Of a stretch of 64,000 nt of DNA, positions 18,586 through 32,184 are shown piece by piece (position 1 is the first letter of the stretch; each line of letters begins with the position of its first letter). Below the pieces are notes generated by a model, which was not told where the DNA came from, did not search any database, and saw only the letters and a list, made by a program, of their open reading frames with translations. Source of the DNA: an uncultured Acidobacteriota bacterium (lineage in GTDB: Bacteria > Acidobacteriota > Thermoanaerobaculia > UBA5066 > DATFVB01); contig CAWEYG010000002.1 in the NCBI GenBank assembly GCA_963813155.1, forward strand, positions 224,001-288,000. Reading direction: 5' to 3'. The translations under genes were made by a program, and so were the position numbers.

Positions 18586-20768
18586 GCTCGTTCCCGCAGG
18601 TCCTCCGCGCGAATCGGAAGCTCCCGAACTCTCACCCCGGTCGCGTCGAACACGGCGTTCGCGACGGCGGCATAGACGGGCGGCACCGGCTGCTCGCCCA
18701 CTCCGAGGGGCCGGACGTCGGACGGCACGATGTGCGTCTCGATGGCCGGGCAATCGTGCATCCGAACGACCGGAAAATCGCGATAGGTGCTTTGCTGAAC
18801 TCGCCCTTTCTCGAACGTGATCCTTCCGTGCAGTGTGGCGGAGAGGCCCCAGAGCACGGCGCTCTCGACCTGGCCCTCGACGCCGAGGGGGTTGACGGCG
18901 CGCCCGCAATCGATCGCGCAGACGACGCGATGCACGCGCACGTCGCCCTCCTTCCCCACGGAGACTTCGGCGACCTGCGCGACCATGGTCTGGCGGTGAT
19001 ACGCGTTGCAGGCGAACCCCCGCCCCCACCGGCGGCCGTTGCGCTCGCGCGGCAGCGGCTGTTTCCATCCCGACTTCTCCGCCGCGACCCGGACGACGTT
19101 CCGCAGGCGATCGCCGTTGTCGAGCGTGATCGTGCGAAGCTTCACCGTCCCGGGCGACGGGATGAGGTCCATCCGGAGGTCGATCGGATCGCGGCCCGCC
19201 GCGCGCGCGATTTCGTCCAGAAAGGACTCGCGGCCGAAAACCGTCGACGGGTAGCCGACCGACCTCCAGGCTCCCGTGTTCACCGGAGCCTCGGCGGGAG
19301 CGAAGTCCACGCGCAGCGCGGGAATCGAATAGGGCAGGTCGAACCCGCCCCACGGGTTCTCTTCGTACATCCCGGGGTTCTCCCGATCGAACTTCTCGAA
19401 CATCGTCAGGTGAAAATCGGAGGACCGGTGAATCCAGGCCGAGGGCCTTCCCGCGGCGTCGAACCCCGCGGAAAAGACGTGAAGCGCGGCCGGCTGAAAA
19501 AAGTCGTGGTGCATGTCGTCGGGACGCGTCCACGCGACCTGAACGGGGTACGAGACCTTCCTCGCGAGCTCGACCGCTTCGATCACATAGTCGTACGTCA
19601 GCCGCCTTCCGAACCCGCCGCCGAGAAGCAGGACGTTCAGCCGGACCTTCTCGAGCGGTATCCCGAGCAGCGCCGCGACGTCCTTCTGCGCCTCGTTGGG
19701 GGCCTGCGTGCCGACCCAGATCTCGCATTCGCCGCCGCGCACGACCGCCGCGCAATTCATCGGCTCGAGCGTCGCGTGCGCCTGAAAGGGGTAACGATAG
19801 GTCGCCTCGATCCGGCGCGGAGCCGCGGCGAGCGCGGCGTCCGCATCCCCTTCCCGGCGCGTCGTTCGAGCCCATCCCTTCAAAGCCTCCTCGAGGCGCG
19901 CCCAGTTCCCGGCCGTCGAGTCGGCGGCATGAGGCCCTTCGTCCCACTCGACCGCGAGCGCGTCGCGGCCCCGGAAGGCGGTCCAGGTGTCGGCTGCCGT
20001 GACGGCGATCCCGCTCGGGATCTCCACGACGTCGCGCACCCCGGCGATGGCCTTCGCGGCGGCCGCGTTCCACCGGATCGGTCGGGCCCCGTAAACGGGA
20101 GGGCGCGAGACAGCCGCCCGGAGCATTCCCGGGACCCGGACGTCGAGCCCGTAGACGGCGCTTCCGCCCACGATCGCCGGCCCGTCGAAACGGCGAACTC
20201 GCGTTCCGACCAGGGTGTAGTCGCGCGGATTCTTCAGCACGGGCTCCGCGGGCACCGGGAGAGCGGCCGCCGCGGCGACGAGCTCTCCAAACGGAAGGGA
20301 CCGCCCCGCCGGGCCGATCACGCGGCCGCTTTCGGTCCGGCACGAGTCGCGCGGCACGTTCCACCGCGCCGCCGCCGCGGCGATCAGCATTTCCCGCGCG
20401 GCGGCCCCCGCTTTGCGAAGGGGAATCCAACCGTCGACGACGCTGCTGCTCCCGCTCGTGCGCATGTCGGGAAACTCGGCGCCCGGCCTGGCATGCCGGA
20501 CCTCGATAGAGCTCCAATCCGCCCCCAGCTCCTCGGCGAGCAGCATGGGAAGGGCCGTGCGGACGCCCTGGCCCATCTCCGACTGAGCGGCCGTCAGCAC
20601 CACACGGCCGGACGCGTCGATCGACACCCAGGGGTTCGGCGAAAAGGCGGCCCGAGACGCCGTCGTCTTGACCGGCTCGCCCCCCGCGTTCCAGGGAAAC
20701 TGGAGAACGAGCGCGGCGGCTCCGCCGATGGCGCCCGCCCGCAGAAATTCGCGGCGGGTGGCGCTCAT
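18582..20768 (-). CDS. Xanthine oxidase family molybdopterin subunit (IorB-like) with Tat signal
   Basis: MSATRREFL twin-arginine motif, EMGQG, GGGFGRR, GAWRSVG and GVGEQPVPP. Confidence 0.9.
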   Translation of the reverse strand: MSATRREFLRAGAIGGAAALVLQFPWNAGGEPVKTTASRAAFSPNPWVSIDASGRVVLTAAQSEMGQGVRTALPMLLAEELGADWSSIEVRHARPGAEFPDMRTSGSSSVVDGWIPLRKAGAAAREMLIAAAAARWNVPRDSCRTESGRVIGPAGRSLPFGELVAAAAALPVPAEPVLKNPRDYTLVGTRVRRFDGPAIVGGSAVYGLDVRVPGMLRAAVSRPPVYGARPIRWNAAAAKAIAGVRDVVEIPSGIAVTAADTWTAFRGRDALAVEWDEGPHAADSTAGNWARLEEALKGWARTTRREGDADAALAAAPRRIEATYRYPFQAHATLEPMNCAAVVRGGECEIWVGTQAPNEAQKDVAALLGIPLEKVRLNVLLLGGGFGRRLTYDYVIEAVELARKVSYPVQVAWTRPDDMHHDFFQPAALHVFSAGFDAAGRPSAWIHRSSDFHLTMFEKFDRENPGMYEENPWGGFDLPYSIPALRVDFAPAEAPVNTGAWRSVGYPSTVFGRESFLDEIARAAGRDPIDLRMDLIPSPGTVKLRTITLDNGDRLRNVVRVAAEKSGWKQPLPRERNGRRWGRGFACNAYHRQTMVAQVAEVSVGKEGDVRVHRVVCAIDCGRAVNPLGVEGQVESAVLWGLSATLHGRITFEKGRVQQSTYRDFPVVRMHDCPAIETHIVPSDVRPLGVGEQPVPPVYAAVANAVFDATGVRVRELPIRAEDLRERA

Positions 20769-21237
20769 CGCTTCTCCCCCGCCAGCCGCGCCGCCCGATG
20801 GATGGCCTTTCTCATTCTCGTGTAGGTGCCGCAGCGGCAAACGAGATCGGACATCGCGGCGTCGATCTCGGCGTCGCTCGGGATCCGGCTTTTCGTTCAG
20901 CAGCGCGCTCGCGGCCATGATCATGCCCGGCTGGCAGTAGCCGCACTGAGCGACGTCCTCCTCGATCCACGCCCGCTGGCAGGGGTGGCCTCTTCCGGCG
21001 GAAAGGCCTTCGATCGTCGTGAACGACCGGCCGCTGGCTTCGCGAACGGGGATCTGGCATGAGCGGACGGCGCGCGCCCTTTTCGTGGACGGTGCAGGCG
21101 CCGCAGACCCCGACGCCGCAGCCGAACTTCGTGCCGGTCAGCCCGAGGTGATCGCGCAGAACCCAGAGGACGGGAGTCTCGGGGTCGCCTTCGAAGGCAC
21201 GGTGAGCTCCGTTGACGGTGAGCTGAAATCTTGCCAT
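20765..21237 (-). CDS. 2Fe-2S subunit (IorA/CoxS-like), frameshifted
   Basis: [17 protein letters not shown], then across frames [11 protein letters not shown] and CRCGTY. Stop overlaps the IorB start. Confidence 0.88.
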
Positions 21238-21301
21238 GCCCCTGAATACGGCAGGAGCGGCAGAAAAGTCCCGAGGGAACGCCGAGGTTTACCCGAGGGT
21301 T

Positions 21302-21359
21302 GACCCCTCCCCGGCTTCGCCACCCCTCCCCGCAAGCGGGGAGGGGAAGGGGGTGGGGT

Positions 21360-21360
<1 letters not shown>
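21302..21360. repeat. Family-3 palindromic repeat abutting the rho stop codon
   Basis: GACCCCTCCCC...CCCCTCCCC GCAAGC GGGGAGGGG...GGGGTGGGGTC. Confidence 0.75.
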
Positions 21361-22714
<1,354 letters not shown>

Positions 22715-22743
<29 letters not shown>

Positions 22744-23299
22744 TGGGAAGCTCCTTTTGAATCCTTTTTCTCAAAGACTCGATTCCTTCGCCCGTTCTAG
22801 AGGAAACAAACAGAACGTCGCCGAATTCCTTCTCGAGTCTGGCTTTGGCCTGGGATCGTTCCGACTGGTTTAACCGATCCGCTTTGGTCGCAATACATGC
22901 CGACCGAAGGGCCAGATCTCTGAGATAGTCGCGGAAATCGAGGTCGAAGTCGGAAGTCGGTATTCTAGGGTCGATCAGCTGGATCGTCAAGAGGGGTCTT
23001 TTCCCTTCGAAAAGCGAGGCCACGAGCTCTTTCCAGGACGCCCGGTCGTCGCGCGAACCGGCCGCAAAACCGAAGCCCGGCAGGTCCGCCGCGATCCACC
23101 CCGCCCTCGAGTCGAAGAGATAGATTGCCCGCGTTCTGCCGGGGGTTTTCGAGATCCGGGCGACGGGGAGCTTCAGCAACGCATTCAAAAGACTCGATTT
23201 GCCGACGTTGCTTCGTCCTCCGAACGCCACCAGATTGGCGATTTTCGGCGGAAAATCGCGCGGACCGTGGACCGCGGCCAGAAGCCGCTCCTTGTTCAT
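22715..23299 (-). CDS. engB: Ribosome biogenesis GTPase YihA/YsxC
   Basis: [22 protein letters not shown] and TKAD. Located downstream of lon. Confidence 0.88.
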
Positions 23300-23329
23300 T
23301 CATCTCCCCCGAAATGTGAGTCGGGACGA

Positions 23330-25714
23330 TCAGTGCATCAGGCCGGGGTTCGAAAGGTCGCCTTCGACCTCGACGGGCTTGGGCGCCGCCACGGAGGCGT
23401 GGTCCATCGCGACTTTGATCACCTCGTCCATGTTGTCGACGAGCTGAAACTCCATCGCTTCGCGGACTTCCTTCGGGATTTCGTCCAGGTCCTTTTCGTT
23501 CTCGACCGGCAGCGCGATCACGCGAATCCCCGCGCGGTACGCGGCGAGGACCTTGTCCTTGATGCCTCCGACCGGAAGCACCTTGCCCCGCAGCGTGATC
23601 TCGCCCGTCATCGCGACGTCGCGGAGGATCGGAATGCGCGTGACGGCGGAAAAGAGCGAAGTTGCGAGGGCGATCCCCGCGGACGGCCCGTCCTTCGGGA
23701 TCGCGCCTTCGGGAACGTGGATGTGAATGTCTTTCTTCTCGTGAAAATCGGGATCGGCGTCGTAGATCTCCGCCCGGCTTCGAACGTACGAGACGGCCGC
23801 CCGGGCTGACTCCTGCATCACGTCGCCGAGCGATCCGGTCAGGGTCAGCGTGCCCTTCCCCTTGAGGAGGCTCGTTTCGATCGTCAGGATCTCTCCGCCG
23901 ACTTCGGTCCAGGCGAGACCGGTGGCCATGCCCACTTCGGACGTCTCGCCCTTCTTCCGATTGCGGAACTTCGCCTTCCCGAGGTAGTCCTTCAGCTCGT
24001 CGGGCCGGATTTCCAGCGGAGGCGTCGCCTGGCCGGCCACGACCCTTCGCGCGACCTTCCGGCAGATGCTCGCGATTTCGCGCTCCAGGTTTCGGACGCC
24101 CGCCTCGCGCGTGTGGTCCGAAATGACCGCGAGGATCGTCTCGTCGGAGAAGACGATCGCCCCCGCCTCGAGACCGTGCTCCTCGATCTGTTTCGGAACG
24201 AGGAACCGCTGGGCGATCTGGGTCTTCTCCTGGTGCGTGTAGCCGGAGAGGCTCAGGAGCTCCATCCGGTCCTTGAGGGCCGGTGGGATCGGGTGCGCGA
24301 CGTTGGCCGTCGCGATGAACATCACTTTCGACAGGTCGTACTCCACGTCGAGGTAGTGGTCGACGAACGCGTGGTTCTGCTCCGGATCGAGAACTTCCAG
24401 CAGCGCCGAGGAGGGGTCGCCTCGAAAATCCATCGACATCTTGTCGACTTCGTCGAGGAGAAAGACCGGGTTGACGACGCCGGCCTTCTTCATCATCTGG
24501 ATGATCTGGCCGGGAAACGCGCCGATGTAGGTCCGCCGGTGTCCTCGGATCTCCGCCTCGTCGCGAACGCCTCCCAGCGACAGCCGCACGAACGGGCGGT
24601 TCAGCGACTTCGCGATCGATCGGGCAAGCGAGGTCTTGCCCACTCCGGGCGGGCCGACGAAGCAGATGATCGAGCCGCGCGCCTTCTTGGAGAGCTGCCG
24701 CACGGCGAGAAATTCGAGGATCCTCTCCTTGATTTTCTCGAGCCCGTAGTGGTCCTCGTTCAGGACCTTCTCGGCGAGACCGATGTCCTTGCACTCCTTC
24801 GCGTATTTCTTCCAGGGAACCGCGAGCAGCCAGTCGATGTAGTTGCGGGACACGGTCGCTTCGGCCGAAACGCCGGGCATCGCCTCGAGGCGCTTGAGCT
24901 CCGCCGTCGCCTTTTCAGCGACATCCTTCGGCATTTCGGCTTCCTCGATCTTCTTCTTGAGGTCCGCCGTTTCGTCCGAGCGGTCGTCGTTGCGCCCGAG
25001 CTCCTGATGGATCGCCTTGATCTTCTCGTTCAGGTAGTACTCGCGCTGCGCCTTCTCCATCTGCTTCTTGACCTTGTTGTTGATGCGGCGATCGAGGTTG
25101 ATCTTCTCGATCTCCCCTTCGAGCAGGTCGGCGATCTTCGCGAGGCGTTCCGACGGCTTCGAGGCCTCCAGCAGCGCCTGCTTCTCGGGGGTCGCGACGT
25201 TGAGGTGCGAAGCGAGGGTATCGGCGAATCGGTCCGGGTCGTCGGTCTTGAGCGTCGCCGCGAGACCGTCGAACGCAAGATGGTGCGAGAGACGGGCGTA
25301 CTGCTCGAACGTCGTCAGGACCTTCGCCATGAACTCGCGCAGGTCGTCCACCGACGCGCCGCGGACTTCGACGGGGACCACTTCGACGAGAAACGAGTCC
25401 CGCTCGAACAGGAACGACCGGATGGTGCCCCGGCGAACGCCCTCCACCATCACCTTGATGTGGCCGTTCGGGAGCTTTTGCGACTGCAGGATCTGGGCGA
25501 CGACGCCGGTCTCGAAAATATCCGACGCCGCCGGCTCGTCGATCTTCGGGTTCTTTTGCGCGGAGAGGAAGATGCGCTTCTCCGGGGTCGCGAGCGCTTT
25601 CTCCAGCGCGCGGATCGACGATTCCCGGCCGACGACGAACGGCGACATCTGGTGCGGAAAGACGACCATGTCCCGCAGCGGAACGAGCGGAAGCGTCTCG
25701 AGGGCTTCGGCCAT
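23330..25714 (-). CDS. lon: Lon protease
   Basis: [25 protein letters not shown] and the catalytic-serine motif PKDGPSAG. Confidence 0.97.
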   Translation of the reverse strand: MAEALETLPLVPLRDMVVFPHQMSPFVVGRESSIRALEKALATPEKRIFLSAQKNPKIDEPAASDIFETGVVAQILQSQKLPNGHIKVMVEGVRRGTIRSFLFERDSFLVEVVPVEVRGASVDDLREFMAKVLTTFEQYARLSHHLAFDGLAATLKTDDPDRFADTLASHLNVATPEKQALLEASKPSERLAKIADLLEGEIEKINLDRRINNKVKKQMEKAQREYYLNEKIKAIHQELGRNDDRSDETADLKKKIEEAEMPKDVAEKATAELKRLEAMPGVSAEATVSRNYIDWLLAVPWKKYAKECKDIGLAEKVLNEDHYGLEKIKERILEFLAVRQLSKKARGSIICFVGPPGVGKTSLARSIAKSLNRPFVRLSLGGVRDEAEIRGHRRTYIGAFPGQIIQMMKKAGVVNPVFLLDEVDKMSMDFRGDPSSALLEVLDPEQNHAFVDHYLDVEYDLSKVMFIATANVAHPIPPALKDRMELLSLSGYTHQEKTQIAQRFLVPKQIEEHGLEAGAIVFSDETILAVISDHTREAGVRNLEREIASICRKVARRVVAGQATPPLEIRPDELKDYLGKAKFRNRKKGETSEVGMATGLAWTEVGGEILTIETSLLKGKGTLTLTGSLGDVMQESARAAVSYVRSRAEIYDADPDFHEKKDIHIHVPEGAIPKDGPSAGIALATSLFSAVTRIPILRDVAMTGEITLRGKVLPVGGIKDKVLAAYRAGIRVIALPVENEKDLDEIPKEVREAMEFQLVDNMDEVIKVAMDHASVAAPKPVEVEGDLSNPGLMH

Positions 25715-25717
25715 CGG

Positions 25718-26962
<1,245 letters not shown>

Positions 26963-27125
26963 TCAACCTCCGGAATGACTTCCTGACACCGAATTTATCC
27001 TACCATAACCGGGACATCCGATCACGTTAACGTCTGACTCGACAGGGAAAATTCCGCACCTCCCCGTCCTTTCATCGCCGCCAGCTGCCGCGCGGCGCAC
27101 GGCTCGAACTGGTTGGGCAGCGACA

Positions 27126-27245
27126 GCCGAGCGGGTGGCGCGGGAGGAGACTCCCTTTTGCCGCTCGCGACGCGGGTGTAGCAAAGTCCTCAGGCTCGCG
27201 GCGAGCGGAAAAGAGGAGCGAGTCCCGCGACAGGACCCGCTCGGC
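27126..27245. repeat. Family-1 hairpin element, copy B (clpP-clpX intergenic)
   Basis: Perfect terminal inverted repeat GCCGAGCGGGT/ACCCGCTCGGC. Loop GTAGCAAAGTCCTCA at 27178-27192. Confidence 0.9.
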
Positions 27246-27269
27246 CGCCGGGGCTAGCTATCGTCCGCG

Positions 27270-27953
27270 CTAGCCTGCTGCCTTCAGGGTCGTGTCGTCG
27301 CGGCTCGTGAACACGTGATCGATCAGCCCGTACTTCTTCGCCTCGTCCGCCTCGAGGATGAAGTCGCGGTCCGTGTCCCGCTCGATTTTCTCGAAGGACT
27401 GCCCCGCGTGCTTGACGTAAATGTCGGTGATCTTCTTTTTCAGGCGAACGAGATCCTTCGCGTGGATCTCGATGTCCGACGTCTGGCCCTGGAGCCCCGA
27501 CGTCCACGGCTGGTGGAGAAGAAACCGCGCGTTCGGAAGCGCGTGCCGCTTGCCCGGCGCGCCGGCCGCCATCAGCACGGACGCCATCGACGCGGCCTGC
27601 CCCATGCAGATCGTCTGGACGTCGGGCTTGACGTACTGCATGGTGTCGTAGATCGCGAGACCGGCGGTGACGACCCCGCCGGGAGAGTTGATGTACAGCA
27701 TGATGTCTTTTTCCGGGTTCTCCGCCTCGAGAAAAAGCATCTGGGCAATGATCAGGCTGGCGACGTTGTCGTCGATGGGCGTCCCCAGAATGATCACGTT
27801 GTCCTTGAGCAGCCGGGAGTAAATGTCGTAGGCCCTCTCGCCTCGACTCGTTTGTTCGATCACCATCGGGACCAGCACGGAGCCACCTCCTCCTTCTTCT
27901 TCTTCCTCGCTTCGAGCGCTTCGCGCGTCGTTCATGCCTTCTTCAATGCTCAC
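27270..27953 (-). CDS. clpP: Clp protease proteolytic subunit
   Basis: [24 protein letters not shown] and LLHQP. The start may lie slightly downstream. Confidence 0.96.
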   Translation of the reverse strand: MSIEEGMNDARSARSEEEEEGGGGSVLVPMVIEQTSRGERAYDIYSRLLKDNVIILGTPIDDNVASLIIAQMLFLEAENPEKDIMLYINSPGGVVTAGLAIYDTMQYVKPDVQTICMGQAASMASVLMAAGAPGKRHALPNARFLLHQPWTSGLQGQTSDIEIHAKDLVRLKKKITDIYVKHAGQSFEKIERDTDRDFILEADEAKKYGLIDHVFTSRDDTTLKAAG

Positions 27954-27963
27954 GGGAGTGATT

Positions 27964-29310
27964 TTATTTCGTTTGGCCCGCTTCCACGGGCTGGACGGAT
28001 GCGTGGTCGATCAGCCACGACATCGCTTTCTGCAGGCGAATCTCCTGGCGAACCGACCCGAGACGGCCGCCCTTCTCGAGGCGTTCCTTCAGCTCGCCGA
28101 AATCGACGCCGCGCCGGACGGCGCTGTTTCGGACTTCCGCGTCGACCTCCGTATCGGTCACGGAGACGTCCTCGCGCCGCGCGATCTCGTCGAGCAGGAG
28201 ATACTCCTGGACTCTCTTCTCGGCCCCGGGACGGGCGTCGGCCGCCAGCTTGTCCCAGTCCGCCTCTTTCGGATCGACGCCCCGGGTCTGAAGGTAGCCG
28301 GCATAGTCTTCGAGAGCCGATTCCACCTCGGCGTCGACGAGCACTTCGGGCGGCGAGATCCGGACTCCCGACAGCAGGTTGTCGAGGATCTCGCGGTGAA
28401 ATTTCCGCCTCCGGCCCGCTTCCTTCTCCGCGCGAATCCCCGCCGCGATCTTCTCTTTCAATTCGGCGGCCGATTCCGCGTTCCCGACGTGGCGCGCGAA
28501 TTCCTCGTCGAGCTCGGGCACGCGCTTTTCCTTCAGGGCGACGAGCGTCACGTCGTAATCGAACGTCTTTCCCGCGAACTTCTCGTTCGGGAAATCCGGG
28601 GCAAACGTCTTGCGAAAGCGCCGTGTTTCTCCGGGCAGTGCGCCGAGGAGCGCTTCGTTCACCTCGGGCATGGAGTCCGGGTGCCCCACTTCGAGCGTGA
28701 CCTTCTCGTCCTTTTCCCACTCGCCGGCCTTTTCGTCCGCGATCGCCTCACCGGCGCCCGTGTAGAGCACCGGGCTCTGGAGCTCCACGAGCCGGCTCGC
28801 GACGTCGGAGATCGCAAAGTCCCCCTTCTCCGCCGCGCGTCCCTCGATCGGGAGAAACTCCGCGTGCGACTCGAGGATCCGGGCGAGCGTCTGCTCGATC
28901 TCGGGCTCGTCCGGCTCGACCGACACGTCGTGGATCGGAACGCCCGTGTAGTCGCCGGGCTCGATCGGAGGCCGCACGTCCACGTTCGCGCGGAACGCCA
29001 GCGGCTTCCCCTCTTCGAACCGGAGGTCCTCGATGCGCGGCCTCCCGAGCGGCTGCACGCCCTTCTCCGCGATCGCGCTGCCCAGGGCGTCCGGGATGAG
29101 GTGTTCGAGCAGCTCGTCGCGAATCTCGGCGGCGAATCGCTGCGCCGCGACGGATTCGGGGATCTTCCCCTTCCGAAACCCCGGGAGGTTCGCCCGGCGG
29201 GCGAAATCGCGCGTGATGCCCTTCTTCGCCCGCTCGACTTCCTCGGACGGAATCTCGATCTCGAACACCCGGCGCGAGTCGGAAACCTCGGAATAGTTGA
29301 GAATCGCCAT
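27964..29310 (-). CDS. tig: Trigger factor
   Basis: Ribosome-binding motif [10 protein letters not shown], an FKBP-like middle domain, and position upstream of clpP. Confidence 0.92.
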   Translation of the reverse strand: MAILNYSEVSDSRRVFEIEIPSEEVERAKKGITRDFARRANLPGFRKGKIPESVAAQRFAAEIRDELLEHLIPDALGSAIAEKGVQPLGRPRIEDLRFEEGKPLAFRANVDVRPPIEPGDYTGVPIHDVSVEPDEPEIEQTLARILESHAEFLPIEGRAAEKGDFAISDVASRLVELQSPVLYTGAGEAIADEKAGEWEKDEKVTLEVGHPDSMPEVNEALLGALPGETRRFRKTFAPDFPNEKFAGKTFDYDVTLVALKEKRVPELDEEFARHVGNAESAAELKEKIAAGIRAEKEAGRRRKFHREILDNLLSGVRISPPEVLVDAEVESALEDYAGYLQTRGVDPKEADWDKLAADARPGAEKRVQEYLLLDEIARREDVSVTDTEVDAEVRNSAVRRGVDFGELKERLEKGGRLGSVRQEIRLQKAMSWLIDHASVQPVEAGQTK

Positions 29311-29332
29311 CCAGGCCATCATAACAAATGGA

Positions 29333-29452
29333 CCGTGCGGGTCCTGTCATGGGACTCGCCCCACTTTTCCGCTCGCTGCGAGTGTGAGGACTTTGCTACG
29401 ACTCCGCGCCGCGAGCGGCAAAAGGGGGTCTCCTCCCATGCCACCCGCCCGG
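29333..29452. repeat. Family-1 hairpin element, copy C (inverted, upstream of tig)
   Basis: The loop appears as TGAGGACTTTGCTAC at 29385-29399, with the same arms in reverse orientation. Confidence 0.9.
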
Positions 29453-29500
29453 CCCCCGCATCGTGCGCTGCGCCCTGCGAGATCCGCAGCGGGCCAATGA

Positions 29501-29585
29501 CCGGCGCAGGCTGGTCTCTGAGACCCCGAGGGAAAGCGAACTGCGGCCGAGGGTCGAGAGACTTGCCGAGACCGGCGCTGGGGCT
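29501..29585. repeat. Family-2 hairpin element, copy 1
   Basis: Stem pairs CCGG/CCGG, GGC/GCC, GTCTCT/AGAGAC and GACCC/GGGTC. Apex CGAGGGAAAGCGAACTGCGGCCG. Confidence 0.85.
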
Positions 29586-29629
29586 AGACCCGAGCGGATC
29601 GAGCGAAGCCCATGCGGTCCGGGGACGGT

Positions 29630-30254
29630 CTAGCTGAGAACCACGATGACGACGCGGCGGTTCTTCGAGCGCCCGTCTTTGGACTTGTTCGAATCGACCG
29701 GCTGGGTTTCGCCGTACGAGATCGTGCTCAACCGGTTGAGCGCGACGCCCTTTTGATTCAGGTAGAGGCGCACCGCGTCCGCCCGTTCCTGGCCGAGCCG
29801 CATGTTGTACTCGGAGGAACCGGTGGAATCCGTGTGTCCCTGAATCTCGATGAAGACGTTCTTGTTGTCCGTCTTCAGTCTTTCGACGAATTCGTCCAGC
29901 TGCTCCTCGGCCTCCTTCGAAAGATCGTGGCCGTTCACGGGAAAGTGGGCTTTGTCGTCGGAGAGCACGACGGAGTAGTTGAATTTTCCCTGCGCCAGCT
30001 TGCCGGCTTCCGTCGCCCGCGCAATCGCGTCCCGCGTCGACTTGTCGAGCGCCGTGATGCGCTGCTCGTGATCGTTGACGCGCGTCTGGGTCTGCTCGAC
30101 CTGGGATTCGACGTCGGTGATGCGCTTCTCGGATTTCACGCTGCTCTTCTCGACCTCGGCCGAAACGTATTGCTTGGTGGCGCACCCCGGGAGAATCGCC
30201 AGCATCGCCGCGAGCCCCAGGAAGAGTCCCCCGGATTGCCGTCTTCGATGTCAT
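29630..30254 (-). CDS. OmpA family lipoprotein, paralog 1 (frameshift in the signal peptide)
   Basis: LPGC lipobox-like site, coiled coil, IQGHTDSTG...YNMRLGQERA...SYGE...NRRV. AAGGAG ribosome-binding site before ATG 30254. Confidence 0.88.
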
Positions 30255-30339
30255 GCCCTGCTCCTTACTTTGTGGGGCGAGCATTCGGTTTCGAGCCCGC
30301 CCGGCTACTGCGAATCATAACATCCGCAGGCCTCCGAAC

Positions 30340-30368
30340 AAAGAGAAAGGGGCGCCGCGTAGCGCCCC
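30340..30368 (-). terminator. Rho-independent terminator after OmpA paralog 2
   Basis: Minus strand GGGGCGCT ACGC GGCGCCCC followed by TTTCTCTTT. Confidence 0.7.
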
Positions 30369-30419
30369 CGCCGGTCCCGTCCCGATATCCCGGGCGGACC
30401 GTCCAAACATAGTGGTTCG

Positions 30420-31041
30420 TTAGCTCAGGACGACGATCACGACCCGGCGATTCTTCGATCGCCCGACCTTCGTCTTGTTCGAGTCGACGGGCTCCGTCTC
30501 GCCGTAGGAAATCGTTCCCATGCGATTGAGCGCCACGCCCTTCTGATTGAGGTAGAGGCGCACGGCCTCGGCGCGTTCTTCGCCCAGCCGCATGTTGTAA
30601 GTCGCGCGTTCCCGTGGCGTCGGTGTGTCCCTGAATCTCGAGATACACGTTCTTGTCGTCGGATTTGAGGTGGTCGACGAACTCGTCGAGCTCGGATTTC
30701 GCCTCTGTCGACAGCTCGTGCCGGTTCAGCGGAAAGTGCGCCTTGTCGTCGGAGAGCACGATCGAGTAGTTGAATTTTCCCTGCGCGAGCTTGCCGGCCT
30801 CGCTGGCGCGATCGAGCGCGTCCTTCGTGGATTTGTCGAGCTCCTGGATCCTCTGCTCGTGGTTGCTGACGGCCGTCTGTGTCTGCTCGATCTGGCTCTC
30901 CACTTCGGAGATGTGCTTCTCGGCGGCTGTGCTGCTCTTCTGCACCTCTCCCGAGACGTACTTCTTCGTCGCGCAGCCCGGCACGAGCGCGAGCGCCGCC
31001 GCAACCCCCAATCCGATTCCCCAGTTTTGAATCTTCGCCAT
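30420..31041 (-). CDS. OmpA family lipoprotein, paralog 2 (frameshift near 30605)
   Basis: VPGCATKKYV..., GKLAQGKFNYS and IQGHTDATG. The C-terminal part in another frame ends NRRVVIVVLS, as in paralog 1. Confidence 0.88.
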
Positions 31042-31057
31042 CTCTGTCTCCCTTCTG

Positions 31058-32092
31058 TTATTTCCGCCCGGAGGCGGCGTTTCCTGGTGCAATGGTCAGC
31101 GGTTTCGGAGCGGAGCCCCGGTATCCGCGGCGCGCTCGGATGACCCGTGTGCCGCCGCCCGTTGCCGTGACCAAGATCGCCCGGTACTTCACATCCCCCT
31201 CTCCCGACGGCTCGAAGCTGAGGACGTATTGCCGCCGCAGCTCGCCGTCGATCGTTTCCGCAAGAGGCCGGAGATCCTCGTCTCCGGAGACCAGAAACAT
31301 TCGTCCTCCCGATGCTTCCGCCAGGAGATCGAGGGTCGAAAGGGACAATTCCTTGCGATCCTCTTCATTCAATTGGGTGTAGGAAGCATTTTTCATGCCC
31401 AAAGCGTAGACGGGGACGCTCTGGTTCTGGACGACCCGATGCACGTCTTCGGTCGTCATCTCGCTCGCATTGTCCACGCCGTCCGAAAACAGCAGGATCG
31501 CCCGCTTCGCGTTGGCCCCGGAAAGCAGCTCGTTGCTCAACTGGATGACGGCGTCGTACAGGGCGGTCTTCCCCTCCGGCTCCAGGCGATCGAGCTCTTT
31601 CAGCAGCGGAGACGGGTTCAGGCTGAATTTCGAGACCACCCGGACCTCCGCGTCGGAAAACGTGAAAAGGGCGAAATCGTCGCCCTTGCGGCGCAGGGCG
31701 ACCAGGCGCCGGATCATCTGCTTCGCCCGCTCGAGCTTGTCGGCGATCCGCATCGACCCCGAGACGTCGAGCAGGATCGCAAACGAGACGGGGGCCTCGT
31801 CGTTTCGATCGAAGGCCTCGACCCCGACCGGGTTCCCGTCGACCCACACGTGGAAGTCCTTTTGACCGAGGTCGTCGACGAACTTTCCCTTCCGATCGCG
31901 GACGACGACCGGGATCTGGACGTACTCGGCCCCCGTCGTCGCGGTGAAGTGCCCGGCGGGAGGCTCCTGGGCTGCCGACATGCCCGGGGGAACGGCTGAA
32001 GCAAGCAGAAGCGCGACAGCGAGGCGGCCGGGTCCTGTCCGGTGCCACCTTCCGGCTGTGCGTGGAGCCTTCAGCGGCTCTCGAGAAGACAT
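31058..32092 (-). CDS. VWA domain protein (acidobacterial VWFA-related type)
   Basis: VQIPVVVRDRKGKFVDDL...DF, MIDAS motif LLDVSGSM, TALYDAV, LFSDGVD and SGGR. Confidence 0.85.
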   Translation of the reverse strand: MSSREPLKAPRTAGRWHRTGPGRLAVALLLASAVPPGMSAAQEPPAGHFTATTGAEYVQIPVVVRDRKGKFVDDLGQKDFHVWVDGNPVGVEAFDRNDEAPVSFAILLDVSGSMRIADKLERAKQMIRRLVALRRKGDDFALFTFSDAEVRVVSKFSLNPSPLLKELDRLEPEGKTALYDAVIQLSNELLSGANAKRAILLFSDGVDNASEMTTEDVHRVVQNQSVPVYALGMKNASYTQLNEEDRKELSLSTLDLLAEASGGRMFLVSGDEDLRPLAETIDGELRRQYVLSFEPSGEGDVKYRAILVTATGGGTRVIRARRGYRGSAPKPLTIAPGNAASGRK

Positions 32093-32184
32093 CCGAATTC
32101 CGCTCCTCCGCGCAGACGGAAGGTATCCGGCCCCGGCCACCCGGCCGCCCCGCATCGCTCGAACCTCAGGGGCTCTATCTCCCG

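Noticed and set aside
29515-29545. CTGAG...GAAA in family 2 as a hammerhead ribozyme
   Set aside because: It lacks the CUGANGA core spacing and the three-stem junction, and folds better as one long interrupted hairpin.
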